This document shows positions 28,133 through 41,357 of a stretch of DNA of 64,000 bases, in pieces; position 1 is the first letter of the stretch, and every line of letters begins with the position of its first letter. This DNA is from Mytilus trossulus (Eukaryota), in NCBI RefSeq assembly GCF_036588685.1, contig NC_086374.1:98394001-98458000 (forward strand), in the 5' to 3' direction. The notes under the pieces were generated by a model. The model was not told the origin of the DNA. It worked only from the letters and a program-made list of their open reading frames with translations, and ran no database searches. The position numbers and the translations under genes were made by a program.

Positions 28133-31100
28133 ATGGCGACACAACAAATCGACATCGCCCAGTTGCCAATTGAACAACTTAACCAACTAGCTAAACAATT
28201 AGACCAGGTTAAAACTTAGCATTACTAAAGTTTCACACTTATGTTAACTGCACACCAAAATTCGTGATAGAAATTACAATAAAACAAGCTTTTTAATCGT
28301 TGTCATCGAGTCGACATCGTGCTATTAGTATTATAGTAATCCCTTTTATGATTCTTTCCGGACCGATTTCCAATATAACCTCCCATATAAAACATTGTTA
28401 AGCCCTATAAACTATATTTAGAAAAATAACTTCAGACTTCAGAATCTCAAACTGGTTAATTTTATGTCTCACTTCTGCCTGTCTGCACCAATCTGAAATT
28501 TATATATAGGGTAACACGAATTACCGAATAACACATGTAATTACAGAATAACTCTTCAAATATCAATATTAACACATTTGAGTGACTTTTAAACATATAT
28601 TATTGAATAAAATTATAATAGAAGTGTATTTTATAACCTAAAAATAATTTACAAGTTGCAGGTAAGTTAATATTGATCATTATAAAATTATGGATATCGG
28701 TGCGTACATTTTGTATTTCCAAGATGGCGACCAAGGAAATTACAACTATAAAGATATCCTGCACAAGGCACGGGCTTATCTGTCATAGTCCGCGAAAATA
28801 CTTTATTTAGAATTTATTGTAAAAAATTTATAACTACTAAGATATCCTGCACAAGGCACAGGCTTATCTGTCATAGTCCGCGAAAATACTTTATTTAGAA
28901 TTTATTGTAAAAAATTTATAACTACTAAGATATCCTGCACAAGGCACGGGATTATCTGTCATAGTCCGCGAAAATACTTTATTTAGAATTTATTGTAAAA
29001 AATTTATAACTACATTATTACCCTTTCACAGAAAACTAACATAAGATGTACATATTGTATATAGTTATAAATATTTATTTGTGTTCTATTTTTCATTATT
29101 ATAATTATTGGTGTTTGTAATGCAGCCTTGGTATACCAAGACTGTCACAAGCCTGTTTAATGCAGAGTGTCCATACCGTAATATAATTTCATTATCTCAT
29201 AATGATTAATTATGTAATGGGCACATGTCAGTTAACAACAACCGAATTAACAATATTACAGAAGTGTGAGGTAATGATTATTTTGTTTATTGGAACTAAT
29301 TAACTCATTATCACTATCAAATTATATAATTGGTACTATTTCACTATTGGAACTTATTCAATGTATGAAAATGAAGAAAAGTAGCAATAAAAAAAACGTA
29401 TATACTAATTTTAGAAGAATATTAATTGAGTTTTATTTATTATTGTTATTTCTGATTTTTTAGTAACTTAAATTAAGTAAATTTAATACATTTTAAATGA
29501 AATAAGAAATAAATGAAATATAATAAACTAAGTGAAAGATTGTCTTCTTTGAAATTAAATATTTTATTTTATTCTTCTTGTACCATGTTTTACTCTCTAT
29601 AAATGGCCATGTCATACTTGTTGTCTGTAAAGCAGCAGTCCTTACACAGGAACTTTAGAGACACATCTGACCAGGCCAATAACAATGCATCATCCATTGG
29701 GACACAAGCACTGTGAACCAAACGATCACAACAACTGCATTGAATGGTGCAATCAACACAGTCTTCATCACATTGAACACACGGATATAAAGCCATTTTG
29801 AAAATGGAAGACAGCACACATGTATTCATTCGACACCATACAACATAACTTATTATAGTATAAACTTCAGAAAATTGGTGTGCGTGGAAAATTTTTAGCA
29901 GCAATTGAGTCTTTATATAAGGAAGTCAAATGTACTATTCGCATTAACAATGACCATACCCCGTGGTTCAACGTAGAGACCGGAGTGAAACAGGGCTGTG
30001 TCATATCACCGACATTGTTTTCTGTGTATACCAATGATCTCTCACAACGTATCAATTCCCTTGAGTGTGGATGACAGCTTGATGATTTTTGTCTCAGTAT
30101 ACTGCTTTATGCTGACGACATAGCTTTAATTGCACCCGATGAAAGTAGTCTCCAACGCATGCTTGATATTGTGTCTGACTGGTGTACAACATGGAAACTG
30201 TCCATAAATGTGAATAAAACTAAAGTCGTTCATTTTCGACCGCAGTCTTTCGATCGTTCTGAATTTAACTTTAAATGTATGGAGAATGATATCGATTATT
30301 GTGACTCATATAAATATCTTGGTGTTTGGATGGATGAACATCTTACATTTACGAAAAACTCAAAAAGATTAGCTAAGGCAGCCAGTCGTGCTCTGGGAAG
30401 TTTAATGACAAAAGTGGTATTAGCAGGAGGAATGACTCATAAGGTGTACACTAAACTTTATACAGCTATGGTGGAACCGATATTACTATACGGTAGTGGC
30501 ATTTGGGGCACTAAATCGTTTAGTGCTATTTCAGCTGTACAAAACAGAGCCTGCAAATATTTTCTCTCCGTTGGAAAACTGACCTCGAATGTAGCTACTC
30601 GTGGTGATATGGGATGGACATCTTGTCACACAAAACAACGAATACATTACTGTAGGCTATTGTGTAGACTTCTTCGCACCGAACAAACTAGAACATCATA
30701 TAGAATATTGAAATGGACATCTAGGAAGAAAAAGGGCTGGGCTTTTGAAGTTGACAAAATTGTAAATAGTTTAAACATTGGAGATATTGTATACGACTTG
30801 TCTTATTCCATAAAAACTGTTATGAGAACTGTTATTGAAAAATTGGTAGAACTCGACAATACAGAGTGGCACAGAGAACTTTTCAATGATAGGCGCAATA
30901 TACAAAATGGTAATAAATTACGCACATATAGACTGTTTAAAAACAATGTAAAAACTGAACCGTATGTTTGCCTAAATATGGCTAGGCCGGAAAGACGAAC
31001 TATGGCTCTGTTTCGGTCCGGTGCACTACCCTTTGCCTACGAGATCGGCAGGTACTCCAGGCCGCCTATTCCGGTAGAAGAAAGACTCTGTGTGTTTTGT

Positions 31101-34100
31101 AACCTTGATAATGTAGAAAATGAAAAACACTTTCTTCTTGAATGTGAACTTTATAGTGACTTACGGTATAATTTATTTTCCGAATGCTCTAAATATATTG
31201 ATAACTTTAGCAATCTTGATATGGACGATAAATTTATACAAATCATGAACTGTTCGAGTATCCAACACTATTTGTGTAAAATATTACATAAGTTTTTTAT
31301 TCGAAGAAAATTATTTTCATAGTAAATATATTTTAATCAGAATTTATAACTGTTCTTAATTTAACATACAAATTTTACCAGTAGAAAATTTTAATACAGG
31401 CAGTAATTTTTAAACTTTATATTACATTGTATACGTCAATTTTAACAATGATAGTCAAGAAATTATTATATATTCAGATTTTTAATTTGTTTTTAAAAAA
31501 CTTTGATAACGGAAAATTTTACAAGTATAAGAACTACGATATAGGAAAATTTATAAGTATAAGAAACAATTTTAATGAGTAACTGAATGTTTAGTTGTTT
31601 TATCTAGTGATCATTAATTGTATAAAGTTTTATACTGTTAGTGTCTCATAAGTCAGTATTTATGGCTGGATATTGATTGTTTTATGTGTAAATATTATAA
31701 TTGTTGTATATGTTTTATGGCAATCAAATTCAAATTCTTTATTAACTTTGAGCCTTACGGCTCATCAGTATAATCAATTACATGTACAATGTATACATAT
31801 GGCATATTACAAACAATATAAACAATATGCATAATAAACAATAGATGACGTCAGAAGTTTCATCAATACAAACTATCTTTTATTACAATAAACTGTTTCT
31901 AAATTTAAAAGAGAAATGTATATACTTTCCCAAGTTACAAAGCTGTTTTGTGTTTTCACCAGATAATAATTCTATTAATTTAAAAGTTGATGGCCTAGAC
32001 CAGTAATATTTTTTTATATATTTTTTTCGCAAATCAGTATATCTTCTACATTGAAGAATAAAATGAAATTCATCCTCTATTACCCCTAAATCACAAAAAA
32101 TACAATTTCTTTCATTTCTATTAGTACCAACATAACGTCCAGTTTCAATACAAAGATTATGTGAAGACAAACGAATTCTTGTGACACTTTAATAAACAAA
32201 TTTATTATTATATTATTATTTATTATTCATGTTTTTTTATACAAAATTAAAGTTACTTGTAAAAACATATATATTTGCCAATGAAAATCTTATATTTAGT
32301 TTTGAGAAAATTTTATTGGAACAAACATAAAAAAACATCCATTCAGAAGCTTAGTTTTTATTAAAACAATCAATTATAATAATTTTTTGATTAGATTTGA
32401 ATTGAATATGTGAAAATTCTTAATTACATTTTATTTCAAGTTGAGTAAATTGTTATGAAAAGTAATTAGTGATTTGATTAATTGCATTGCTTTGATGTAC
32501 TGGTTAAAATTTTCAAATCCTTTCTGAAAAACAATTATTAGACAATTCTCTGTATATACAGTAAATTATTTAATACTATATTTTCATAGCGTTTTCCTTT
32601 GAAGGCATATGCAATCTTTCTTTTATTCATTCAATACGATTTCCTTGGTCGCCATCTTGGAAGTACACACCGATATCCATAATTTTACAATGATCAATAT
32701 TAACTTACCTGCAACTTGTAAATCATTTTTAACCGGATTTTTGTGACAAAAATGTCGGTTATTGATATGGGGATGCTCGGCGGGCGGGTGGCGGGCGGTC
32801 GGTCGGTCGGGCGGCAATCAAATGTTGTCCGTGCATTAACTCATGAACTGTTCAACCAAAGCTTTTAAAATTTTAATATGTTGTTACTGACAACCAAATG
32901 AAGGTCAAGTTCAATAATGGCGATTTTGACTTTAACCGTTCAGGAGTTATGGTTCTTGAAAGATTGAAAAATGCCGTTTCCAGTCGTGTCCGTGCATTTA
33001 TGCATGAACTGTTCTACCAAAGCTTCACAAATTTTAATATGTTGTTACTGACAACTAAATAAAGGTCTAGTTCAATAATGGCGATTTTGACTTTTACCGT
33101 TCAGGAGTTATGGTTCTTGAAAGATGGAAAAATGGAGTTTCCAGTCGTGTCCGTGCATTTTCGCAAGAACTATTCTACCAAAGCTTCCCAAATTTTAATA
33201 TGTTGTTACTGATGACAAAATGGAGGTCAAGTTCAATAATGACGATTTTGACTTTTACCGTTAAGGAGTTATGGTTCTTGAAAGATTGAAAAATTGCATT
33301 TCCAGTCATGTCCGTGCATTTACGTATGAACTGTTCTACCAAAGCTTTCCAAATTTTAATATGTTGTTACTGATGATAAAATGGAGGTCAAGTTCAATAA
33401 TGACAATTTTGACTTTTACTGTTCAGGAGTTATGGTTCTTGAAAGATTGAAAAATGGTGTTTCCAGTCGTGTTCATGCATTTTCTCATGAACCATTCAAC
33501 CAAATCTTTTGAAATTTTTATATGTTGTTACTGATTACAAAATAGAGGTCAAATCCATAATGACGATTTTGACTTTTACTGTTCAGGAGTTATGGCTCTT
33601 GAAAGATAGTAAAATGGCGTTTCCATTCATGTTGTTGCATTTGCTCATGAACCATTCAATCTAAGCTTTTCAAATTTTAATATGTTGATACTGATGACAA
33701 AATAGAGGTAAAATTTGATATTGACGATTTCACTTTCACCATTCATCAGTAATAGGTCTTGTGATATTGCCAGGACACAAATAAATGTTAATAAATCCGG
33801 TTTGCTGTCGTTGTGACAGCCTCTTGTTAGGTTATAAAATACACTTCTATTATAATTTTTTGCAATAATATATGTTTAAAAGTCACTCAAATGTGTTAAT
33901 ATTGATATTTGAGGAGTTATTCGGTCATTACATGTGTTATTCGGATAATAACACTGTTATTCGGTAATTCGAGGTACTGATTTATATACATGTACGTGAT
34001 CAGACTTGTAATTATTGAGGCTTTCTCCTATGTGGCGGGATTGCTTCCTTTAGAAATAATGGCACCGCTGGTAAAATATCACATTATGATTGGTTTAGCA

Positions 34101-37100
34101 GCATCATGATTCATGTGGTGACACCCTATGCCATGGATCCGTAGGGGGTTAGTAAATTTCATAGGGGATTCATGATGTCACGTCCTACTGTTAATGGTGA
34201 CGTCTATTGATGTTGTATTTCATTGTTTTTTTTTCTCTACAAAATGCAGCAGGAAAAGTCCTGTGTGCGATAAATTCGTAATACGGTTCACTACTAACTC
34301 CCTATGAATCATAGCTTTTTATTTGAACATACAAATGTATAAAACCTGTGTGGAGAGTGGCTCCCTCAGACCTACGCCTGGTCAATATTTACAGTCGTCT
34401 ACGACTCCTGACCATTATTGGAAGATGATGATAGGGGACTTGGCCTACGGCCTCACTCCCTATGGATTTCACTTACCCTCTATGGATCTGTAGGGGATCA
34501 GTAGTAAACCATATAACTTGTAATGTGTAACCAGCCGTAAGTGGATGACTTAAGGAAGTACTTCTTTAGCTCATTCAGTATACATGCTGCCTTGTAACAC
34601 AGAGATCCATAAAGTTTTGTTATGAAAAACATGCTCTCCGGTTACACCTGTAAAAATTTGACATCCAAAGCAAGACATCTTGATAATGTTGATACCTGCC
34701 AAACCTCATGTATTGATTGGGAGTCTTTGCTCAAACCTAGAAATTAATGGAATCTCCTGTTTGGATTTTCATTCCAGTACAGTAGAACAGAATCTCTTAT
34801 TCAGATATTTTAAACCATAATGATCGACCTAGACCGTGATAGCTCTGAAAAATTAAACATGCATTATGGGAACTGATCCTTGGTCAATATTAATACATAA
34901 TGATTAATCTAACACCTCGTTCATTTAGGAGACAATTAAGATGAATGGCATAGTGTTTTCCTATTGTTATTATGTTTGGCTAGGAAGATTCAATTGGCAT
35001 AAAAATTTGCATATTTAAGTTTCTCATTACTTGACGTTCATTTGAAAATGAAAGTAATAATCTAATTATTCATTTTATGTATTAAAAGACAAAATAAATC
35101 AAAGAACTATTTTGGGTGGAAGTTTATGAAATGAAAGTTAAAAAAGCTGGAATTGATGGGTCTCTGTGAAAATTGTCCAAATATGAGTAAATTAAAGTCA
35201 TAAGAAACGAGTGACCGGTGAAAAATAATGTTCTTCCAATTCTTGAACCAATGCATACAAACATCATAAACTTAGTCTTCTGTGCTCGAATTTATCATTT
35301 TTTTCGTGTAAATTTCGTATAATCGTCAATTTTTTTTTCAATCGGTCAGTGTTGTTGTGAAAATATGGCAGGTAATTAAAGTTCGTGTTTTGAAGCCGAA
35401 GTTTAACGATTGTCACCTGTTTGTCAACAATTGCATACGGAAAATATGTCGGGGGGAATTGCTTGCTGGAAGGAAGCAATTCAAATAAAGTAAACTTCTT
35501 CTAAATATGAATAAATTAAAGAATTTTCTTCAGAAAAAAGTATGTGTACATAAGTTTTATAATGAAAACTATCCATTGAGTTATAAAAAACATATGTTTT
35601 ATTTTTTTTTGATTTGAGGTTTCTTATGACTTTAAGGGTGGCAGGTAGATGAAACATACAAAAAATAATTTTAAATTAAAAAAAATAATGATCATACTGA
35701 ATTAAGAATTGAATATTATATTGTATAGATGTAGATAATTGTTGAATGAAGACAATATTTTGACATCTAAAAGTTTCTTCTGTTTTGTATTGTTCGTTTG
35801 CTGTATCCTCATTAATTTTGCTGTACACATCCATTGATCATAAATATAGGATTAACTTAATGTTATGTTTGTTTTACTATTTTCAGGAAATTGAATTATT
35901 CTCAAGTTCCATGAACCAGCTGAAGCATGCACAAAATAAGTTTGTAGAATCTCAAGAGAGTCTGAACAAAATTTCACCAGAAAGCCTGAGCAAAGATATA
36001 CTGGTTCCTCTGACTGGTTCTGTATCCTACTCTTGTGTTGTATACAAAAGTTCTCTTCATTTATAAAAAAAATTATTCAGCGTTTAACTAAGAAATATTC
36101 TTTTGAAGAGAGTCAAAGAAAAACTGTCCTTTGGTTGCTTTTGAAGGGATTTGGCAAAGGATTTAAACAAACTTTAACACATGTACTTAATGAGTTTGTG
36201 TCAGACATTTGCACAGATATTTTACGAAAAGTTTAAATTAAACTCAGATTTCTTAATCATTCACAGTAATACAATATGTATCAGGGTTCTAGAAAACTTT
36301 GATAACAATAAAGCCAATCATTTAGTCACCATAAACATTTATCTTAACTAAATCTAGATATATGTACCAGGACAGCTGAGTGATGTACAAAATGTAATGG
36401 TAGATATAGGGACAGGATATTATGTAGATATGGTAAGTCATTTCATGTACAAAATGTAATGATATAGGGACAGGATATTATGTAGAAATGGTAAGTCTTT
36501 GCATTTCATGTAGTACTGGTATGTAAATGGGTGTGGTATGAGTGCCAATGAGACAACTCTCCATCCAAGTCACAATTTGTTAAGGTAAACCATTATAGGT
36601 CAAAGTATTGTCTTCAACATTGAGCCTTGAGTTTTTGGCTCTCCCTTGACACCATTTGTGAGTATGGTCTAGAGGAAAGGATAAATGACTGACCCTTGTT
36701 AAGAGAGAGCCATGTCTCTTGCACATAAAAGTAGATTGTAGATTTCGAAAAAGAGTAGGCTATTGCCGCTACAAGGCAGCACCCGCACCCGCAAAGTGGA
36801 AAGGGATTAATATAAGTGGCAAAACTTGTTTCCCAATCCACTATAGATAAATATGTTTCAACTATAACATGGAGCCTTGTCTCACATGCAAGCTGTAAAT
36901 GATCAAAATGACTAGTGTAAAACCATTCAAACAGGAGAAACACTTACGCACCACATCAACAAGCACAGTAACACACACACAATGTAGACACTGTGGCTTA
37001 GGTATTACATGTACATGGATTGGTGATAATATTTCAAATACTGTATTATTAAGATTTTAAAAGACAAAACACTTTTTGTCAAAATTTTTGCTTTTAAAGA

Positions 37101-38223
37101 ACATTGTCTGGCTCAGCCTATATGTTTGATGCAATAAAAAAAACCAAGTGGTATACCTATACTATTAAGCAGTAAAACCAAGTTAAATGAATCAAAACAA
37201 GCCATAATTATCCTTAACCTTTTTGAAGGATTTATAGTAAGGACAAATCCTTTATATTAAATTATAATAAGCTTAAATATCTTATGTTATGCTTCTACTC
37301 ATTTGTTAATTCTGTTACATGTATTTGAGTTTTATTTGATTTTTTTTCACAGGATGTTAAAAAAGGAAAAGAACATTTTAAACGAAAGATTGAGTACATA
37401 ACTAAACAGATAGAAAAAGTACAACCCTTACTGCAGGAAAAGTATAGGATGAAACAAGGTACTAGTAACTCAAGGCTGTCAGACTTATACTTCTACAGTA
37501 GACTTTAACTTTATTTCAGAAACTTTCACATAGAACAGTTCTTTGATTTTCTTTCATCTTTTAATACATGAATTGAATAACTTAGATCATTTTCGGTAAT
37601 TGTAATCTAAATATAAACCTGATTTCCTTAGGGAAATATGCATTGTAAACAATATTCCCAAATATTCAAGTTTTGGGTTCTTAGCTATATCTCTGCTTTA
37701 CATCAGCTGGGCCAGACATGGAAGAGGTAAGACGAAGACTTGTTTTTGCAGAGGCAGAAAAATGTGTCCAGTTATAGTGACATTTTTTCCTCTGGACTTA
37801 CTTTCTCAAATAGTATGATAAAATACAGCTCAGTCAGTTAGTCAAGTACACAATGGGGTTTAAAATTTATACCATATCAAGATGTTCCTGTCCTTAATAT
37901 GCATATAACTTGCCACTGGGCATGAAACAGCAATCCATTACCATCATCCTAATAGTTAAATATTTAGTTACACAAATATATCATGCTTATAGAACTATTT
38001 TTGTTTGAGGTTAAAGAGAAGGATATTGAAAATAAAATTTGATATTTTAACATAGTTAAAATTCGTTTATAGAAAAAATAGTCATGCAATCCATTTGATA
38101 GTTCATTAATAAACTTTTTTTCCATTATTTTCAGTTGTTATGGAGATTTTACAGTACAAAGTTCAGCAAGCTTCTTTACAACAGGCAGCTGCTGCCAATG
38201 GTAGTACAGTTGCCACTCGTTGA
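28133..38223 (+). CDS. PFDN5: Prefoldin subunit 5 (159 aa)
   Basis: Exons 28133-28207, 35887-36021, 36358-36432, 37353-37458, 38135-38223 (480 nt): [116 protein letters not shown].., with the alpha-prefoldin LVPLTxSxYVPG and DIGTGYYV motifs. ATTAAA at 38300. Confidence 0.97.
28751..29012. repeat. 88-bp tandem triplication
   Basis: AAGATATCCTGCACAAGGCACGGGCTTATCTGTCATAGTCCGCG.. at 28751, 28839 and 28927. Confidence 0.9.
29590..29796 (-). pseudogene. PHD-finger ORF (68 aa), probably a truncated gene of the surrounding TIR element
   Basis: [39 protein letters not shown] fits C4-H-C3 spacing; ATG in CAAAATG context; ends shortly after the finger. Confidence 0.65.
29871..32228 (+). mobile_element. 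5'-truncated L2/CR1-group LINE (RT C-terminal half plus 3'UTR)
   Basis: [20 protein letters not shown], in-frame TGA at 30072, [18 protein letters not shown]-terminal [16 protein letters not shown] knuckle, stop at 31322. The 3'UTR resumes after a nested LINE, with AATAAA and a (TTA)n tail at ~32191-32228. Confidence 0.9.
31722..32185 (-). mobile_element. Short 3' fragment of a second L2/CR1-group LINE, antisense, inside the first LINE's 3'UTR
   Basis: [43 protein letters not shown]; 3'UTR hairpin TGAGCCGTAAGGCTCA, AATAAA and (GAATTT)n tail on the minus strand. Confidence 0.85.
32731..33828 (+). mobile_element. Helentron-type HINE with internal 161-bp tandem repeats
   Basis: Inserted in a T-run; subterminal IRs AACCGGATTT / AAATCCGGTT, (GGCG/GGTC) microsatellite, ~6 units of 161 bp, 3' hairpin GCTGTCGTTGTGACAGC, CTCTTGTT end. 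The empty site can be reconstructed from the intact left TIR. Confidence 0.88.
35196..35631. mobile_element. Kolobok-type MITE
   Basis: TTAA|AGTCATAAGAAAC..GTTTCTTATGACT|TTAA: TTAA TSD with purine-purine 5' ends. Confidence 0.75.
36022..36357 (+). other. U12-type (minor spliceosome) GT-AG intron in PFDN5
   Basis: 5' site GTATCCT, branch site TTATCTTAAC 9 nt before the end of the intron (..CTAG), no polypyrimidine tract; splicing keeps LTGS|IYVPG in frame. Confidence 0.85.
36740..36860. mobile_element. SINE-like dispersed repeat fragment
   Basis: GCTACAAGGCAGCACCCGCACCCGCAAAGTGGAAAGGGATTAATATAAG..TTTCCCAATCCACT resembles a common bivalve SINE core (recognition only). Confidence 0.4.
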
Positions 38224-40118
38224 AGTGTTCAGTGACAATGATTTATTTTGTCAATGACTTTTTATACCATTTTTCATTGTACTCCATCTAAATTATATGA
38301 TTAAACAATCTCAGATACTTTTGTTTTACAAACTTTTGAAGAGCCTAAGAGAAATATATTGATCAAAGCCTTAACCTACTTCTATAATATATAAAAAGAA
38401 GATGTGGTTTGATTGCTAATGAGACACCTCTCCACAAGAGACAAAATGACACAAAAATTAATAACTAGCCTGGGTTCATAAAACAGTCATATTCTATTTT
38501 CTTGTTTAAATTGTCCTCTAAAATTTCACTGATGTCAAACACGTTTTTTTGTTGAAGGAAATAGTTGATTTGTGGTGCTATCTTTTTGAAATGACCAACT
38601 TTTGTTGCAGGAGTTGAAAATGAAATTTTATGGAAATTGCAATTAATGCAAGAAATTTGCTCAATTTTAGTATGATGTTTGTTTTGGATGTGTTGAAAGT
38701 TGCAGAATGTAAGATATACAGATTACAAATAAGGTGGTGGCTGCGACAGTGTTAACTGTTGGTAAGAAGCGTTATACATTGTATTTAAGGGAGAAGACAA
38801 AGATGCTTCATACCTTGTTTGCAGATACCTTATGTTACTAAGTCTTCCATCTGTCATATGTTCACTTTCCTTGACATCATTTTCATGGTTGAGTGACTGC
38901 ATGGAAAATAATGCTGTTCTTTTGTCAATTAAAATTCTCACTTATAAGTTATAGTATAACTATATGGTAAATGGCAATGTCTGTATGTTCTTCAGGTTGG
39001 GTTCAATTGGCCTTGACTAAATTTCATGGATCAGTGATTTAAGTTAAAGTTACATGGTGAAGTGTGTATCAAATATACTGTAAGCAATAGGTCAACTATA
39101 TGTGGTGTCTGGCAGGTTAATAAGACCTTAACCTCATTTTCATGGTTCATTGGTCAATGATAAGTTTTCTTGGTTTTGTCAGTTTATTAGCATTAGTCGT
39201 AATAGAGCACCCTTTAACTGTGTTGGATGTACAAGTATGTAGCCACGTCCAGTAATGATGATGATGTTGAGGCCGATGTCATGTGTAAAAAGAATGCCAT
39301 CTATTTGGTTTTATAGCGCTAATCCTCTTACTTATATGACAGTTGCATCAAATTATATTTACCATGATGCCTGATCATGATTAGATACTATCAGCAAAAG
39401 GTTATACATGTATATGTTAAGTGTATAAAATGATTATAAGGTGTGCATGTCTGCTTGGCAGGGAACATATTAACTTGACCTCATTTCAATGACAATTGAC
39501 AACAAATATCATAAGTCAAAACACAATATGATTAGGGTTATGGTTACTGTTATATTCAGATTAACTAATAGGATTAAAATTGAGTGAGGACTACAATAGG
39601 GTTTGTCTTAGGATAGCAAATTGACAACAAGAAAAGTCAAAACACAAACACTCAGCATTACAAATAGGGTTATGGCTAGGGTTAGGGTTGGGCTTAAATT
39701 TTTATTAAATACAAATAAGATTAAATTGATTGATGGCTACAATAGGGTTTGTCTTAGAGTAGCAAATTGACAAGAAAAATCTTAAGTCAAAACACAAACA
39801 CTCAGCATTACAATTAGGGTTATGGCTAGGGTTAGGGTTACATTAGAATTTAATTGAGTCTGTGTAACAATAGGATTTGCCTTAGAATAACAAATTGACA
39901 ACAAGAAATATCTTAAATCAAAACAGAAAGACTCAGCGTTAAAACTAGGGTTCTAGGTAGGGTAAGGAATAGGGTGAAATTAAAATTTACAAATAGGGTT
40001 AAATTGAGTCGGGGCTATAATAGGGTTTGCCATAGGATAACAGATTGACAACAAGAAATATCTTAAATCAAAACAGAAACACTCAGCGTTTAATAAAATC
40101 AACGGTACCAATTTTGTT

Positions 40119-40162
40119 GCACCAGATGCGCATTTCGACAATACATGTCTCTTCAGTGATGC
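40119..40162 (-). ncRNA. Minimal type I hammerhead ribozyme within a ~110-bp Penelope-type insertion (40091-40203)
   Basis: Minus strand GCAUCA CUGAAGA GACA UGUAU UGUC GAAA UGCGCA UC UGGUGC: stem I GCAUCA/UGGUGC, CUGANGA core, stem II GACA/UGUC, GAAA, palindromic minimal stem III, cleavage triplet AUC. Confidence 0.85.
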
Positions 40163-41357
40163 TCGAAGCCAAAATATTTGAAATCCAAAGCATATATAAA
40201 AGTAAATAATGGTTAGGGTTATGTTAAAACTTACAATTAGGATTGAATTAAGTCCGGACTATAATAGTTTTTGTATTAGGATAACAAATTGACCATAACA
40301 AACAGCATTAGTCAAACCAGAAAGACATAGGGTAACAATAAGGGTTAGGGTTACATTAGAATTTACAAATAGAGGGCTACAATAGGAATTGCCTTAGCAA
40401 AACAAATTGACAACAAGAAATATCTTAAGTCAAAACACAAACACTCAGCGTTACAATTAGGGTTAGGGTAATGGTTGGGCTTAAATTTAAATGTACAAAT
40501 AAGATTAATTTGTTTGAGGGCAACAATAGGGTTTGCCTTCGGATAGCAAATCGACAAGAAGAAATATCTTAAATCAAAACAGAAAGACTCAGCGTTAAAG
40601 TTAGGGTTTTAGGTAGGGTTAGGAATAGGGTGAAATTAAAATTTACAATTAGCAAATTGACAACAAGAAAAATCTTAAGTCAAAACACAAACACTCAGCA
40701 TTACAAATATGGTTATGGCTAGGGTAAGTGTTAGGGTTAGGGTTGGACTTAAATTAAAATACAAATAAGATTAAATTGATTGAGGGCTACAATAGGGTTT
40801 GCCTTAGGATAGCAAACTGACAACAACAAATATCTCAAGCCAAAACATTAACACTCTCAATAAGAGTTATGGCTAGGGTTAGGGTGAAATTAGAATTTAC
40901 AAATAGGATTTAATTGAGTTAGGGCTACAATAGGGTTTGTCTTAGAATAGCAAATTGACAAGAAACATCTTAAGTCAAAACACAAACACTCAGCATTACC
41001 ATTAGGGTTATGACTAGGGTTAGGGTTACATTAGAATTTACGATTAGGATTTAATTGAGTCTTGGTAACAATAGGATTTGCCTTAGAATAACAAATTGAC
41101 AACAAGAAATATCTTAAACCAAAACAGAAAGACTCAGCATTAAAATTAGGGTTCTAGGTAGGGTTAGTAATAGGGTGAAATTAAAATTTACAAATAGGAT
41201 TAAATTGAGTTAGGGCTATAATAGGGTTTGCCATAGGATAACAGATTGACAACAAGAAATATCTTAAATCAAAACAGAAACACTCAGCGTTAAAATAATG
41301 GTTAGGGTTAGGGTTATGTTAAAATTTACAATTAGGATTGAATTAAGTCCGGACTAT

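Larger units (their letters stand above)
28512..33977. mobile_element. TIR DNA element (~230-bp TIRs) in PFDN5 intron 1, carrying nested insertions
   Basis: Left arm ~28512-28740 (CGAATTACCGAATAACAC..CAAGATGGCGACCAAGGAAAT) is reverse-complementary to 32639-32730 plus 33829-33977, which are split by a HINE. Exact termini and TSD are not resolved. Confidence 0.75.

Noticed and set aside
30159-31322. 387-aa ORF as a host gene or active retrotransposon
   Set aside because: It is the post-YADD part of a 5'-truncated LINE ORF2 with an upstream in-frame stop and no endonuclease domain.
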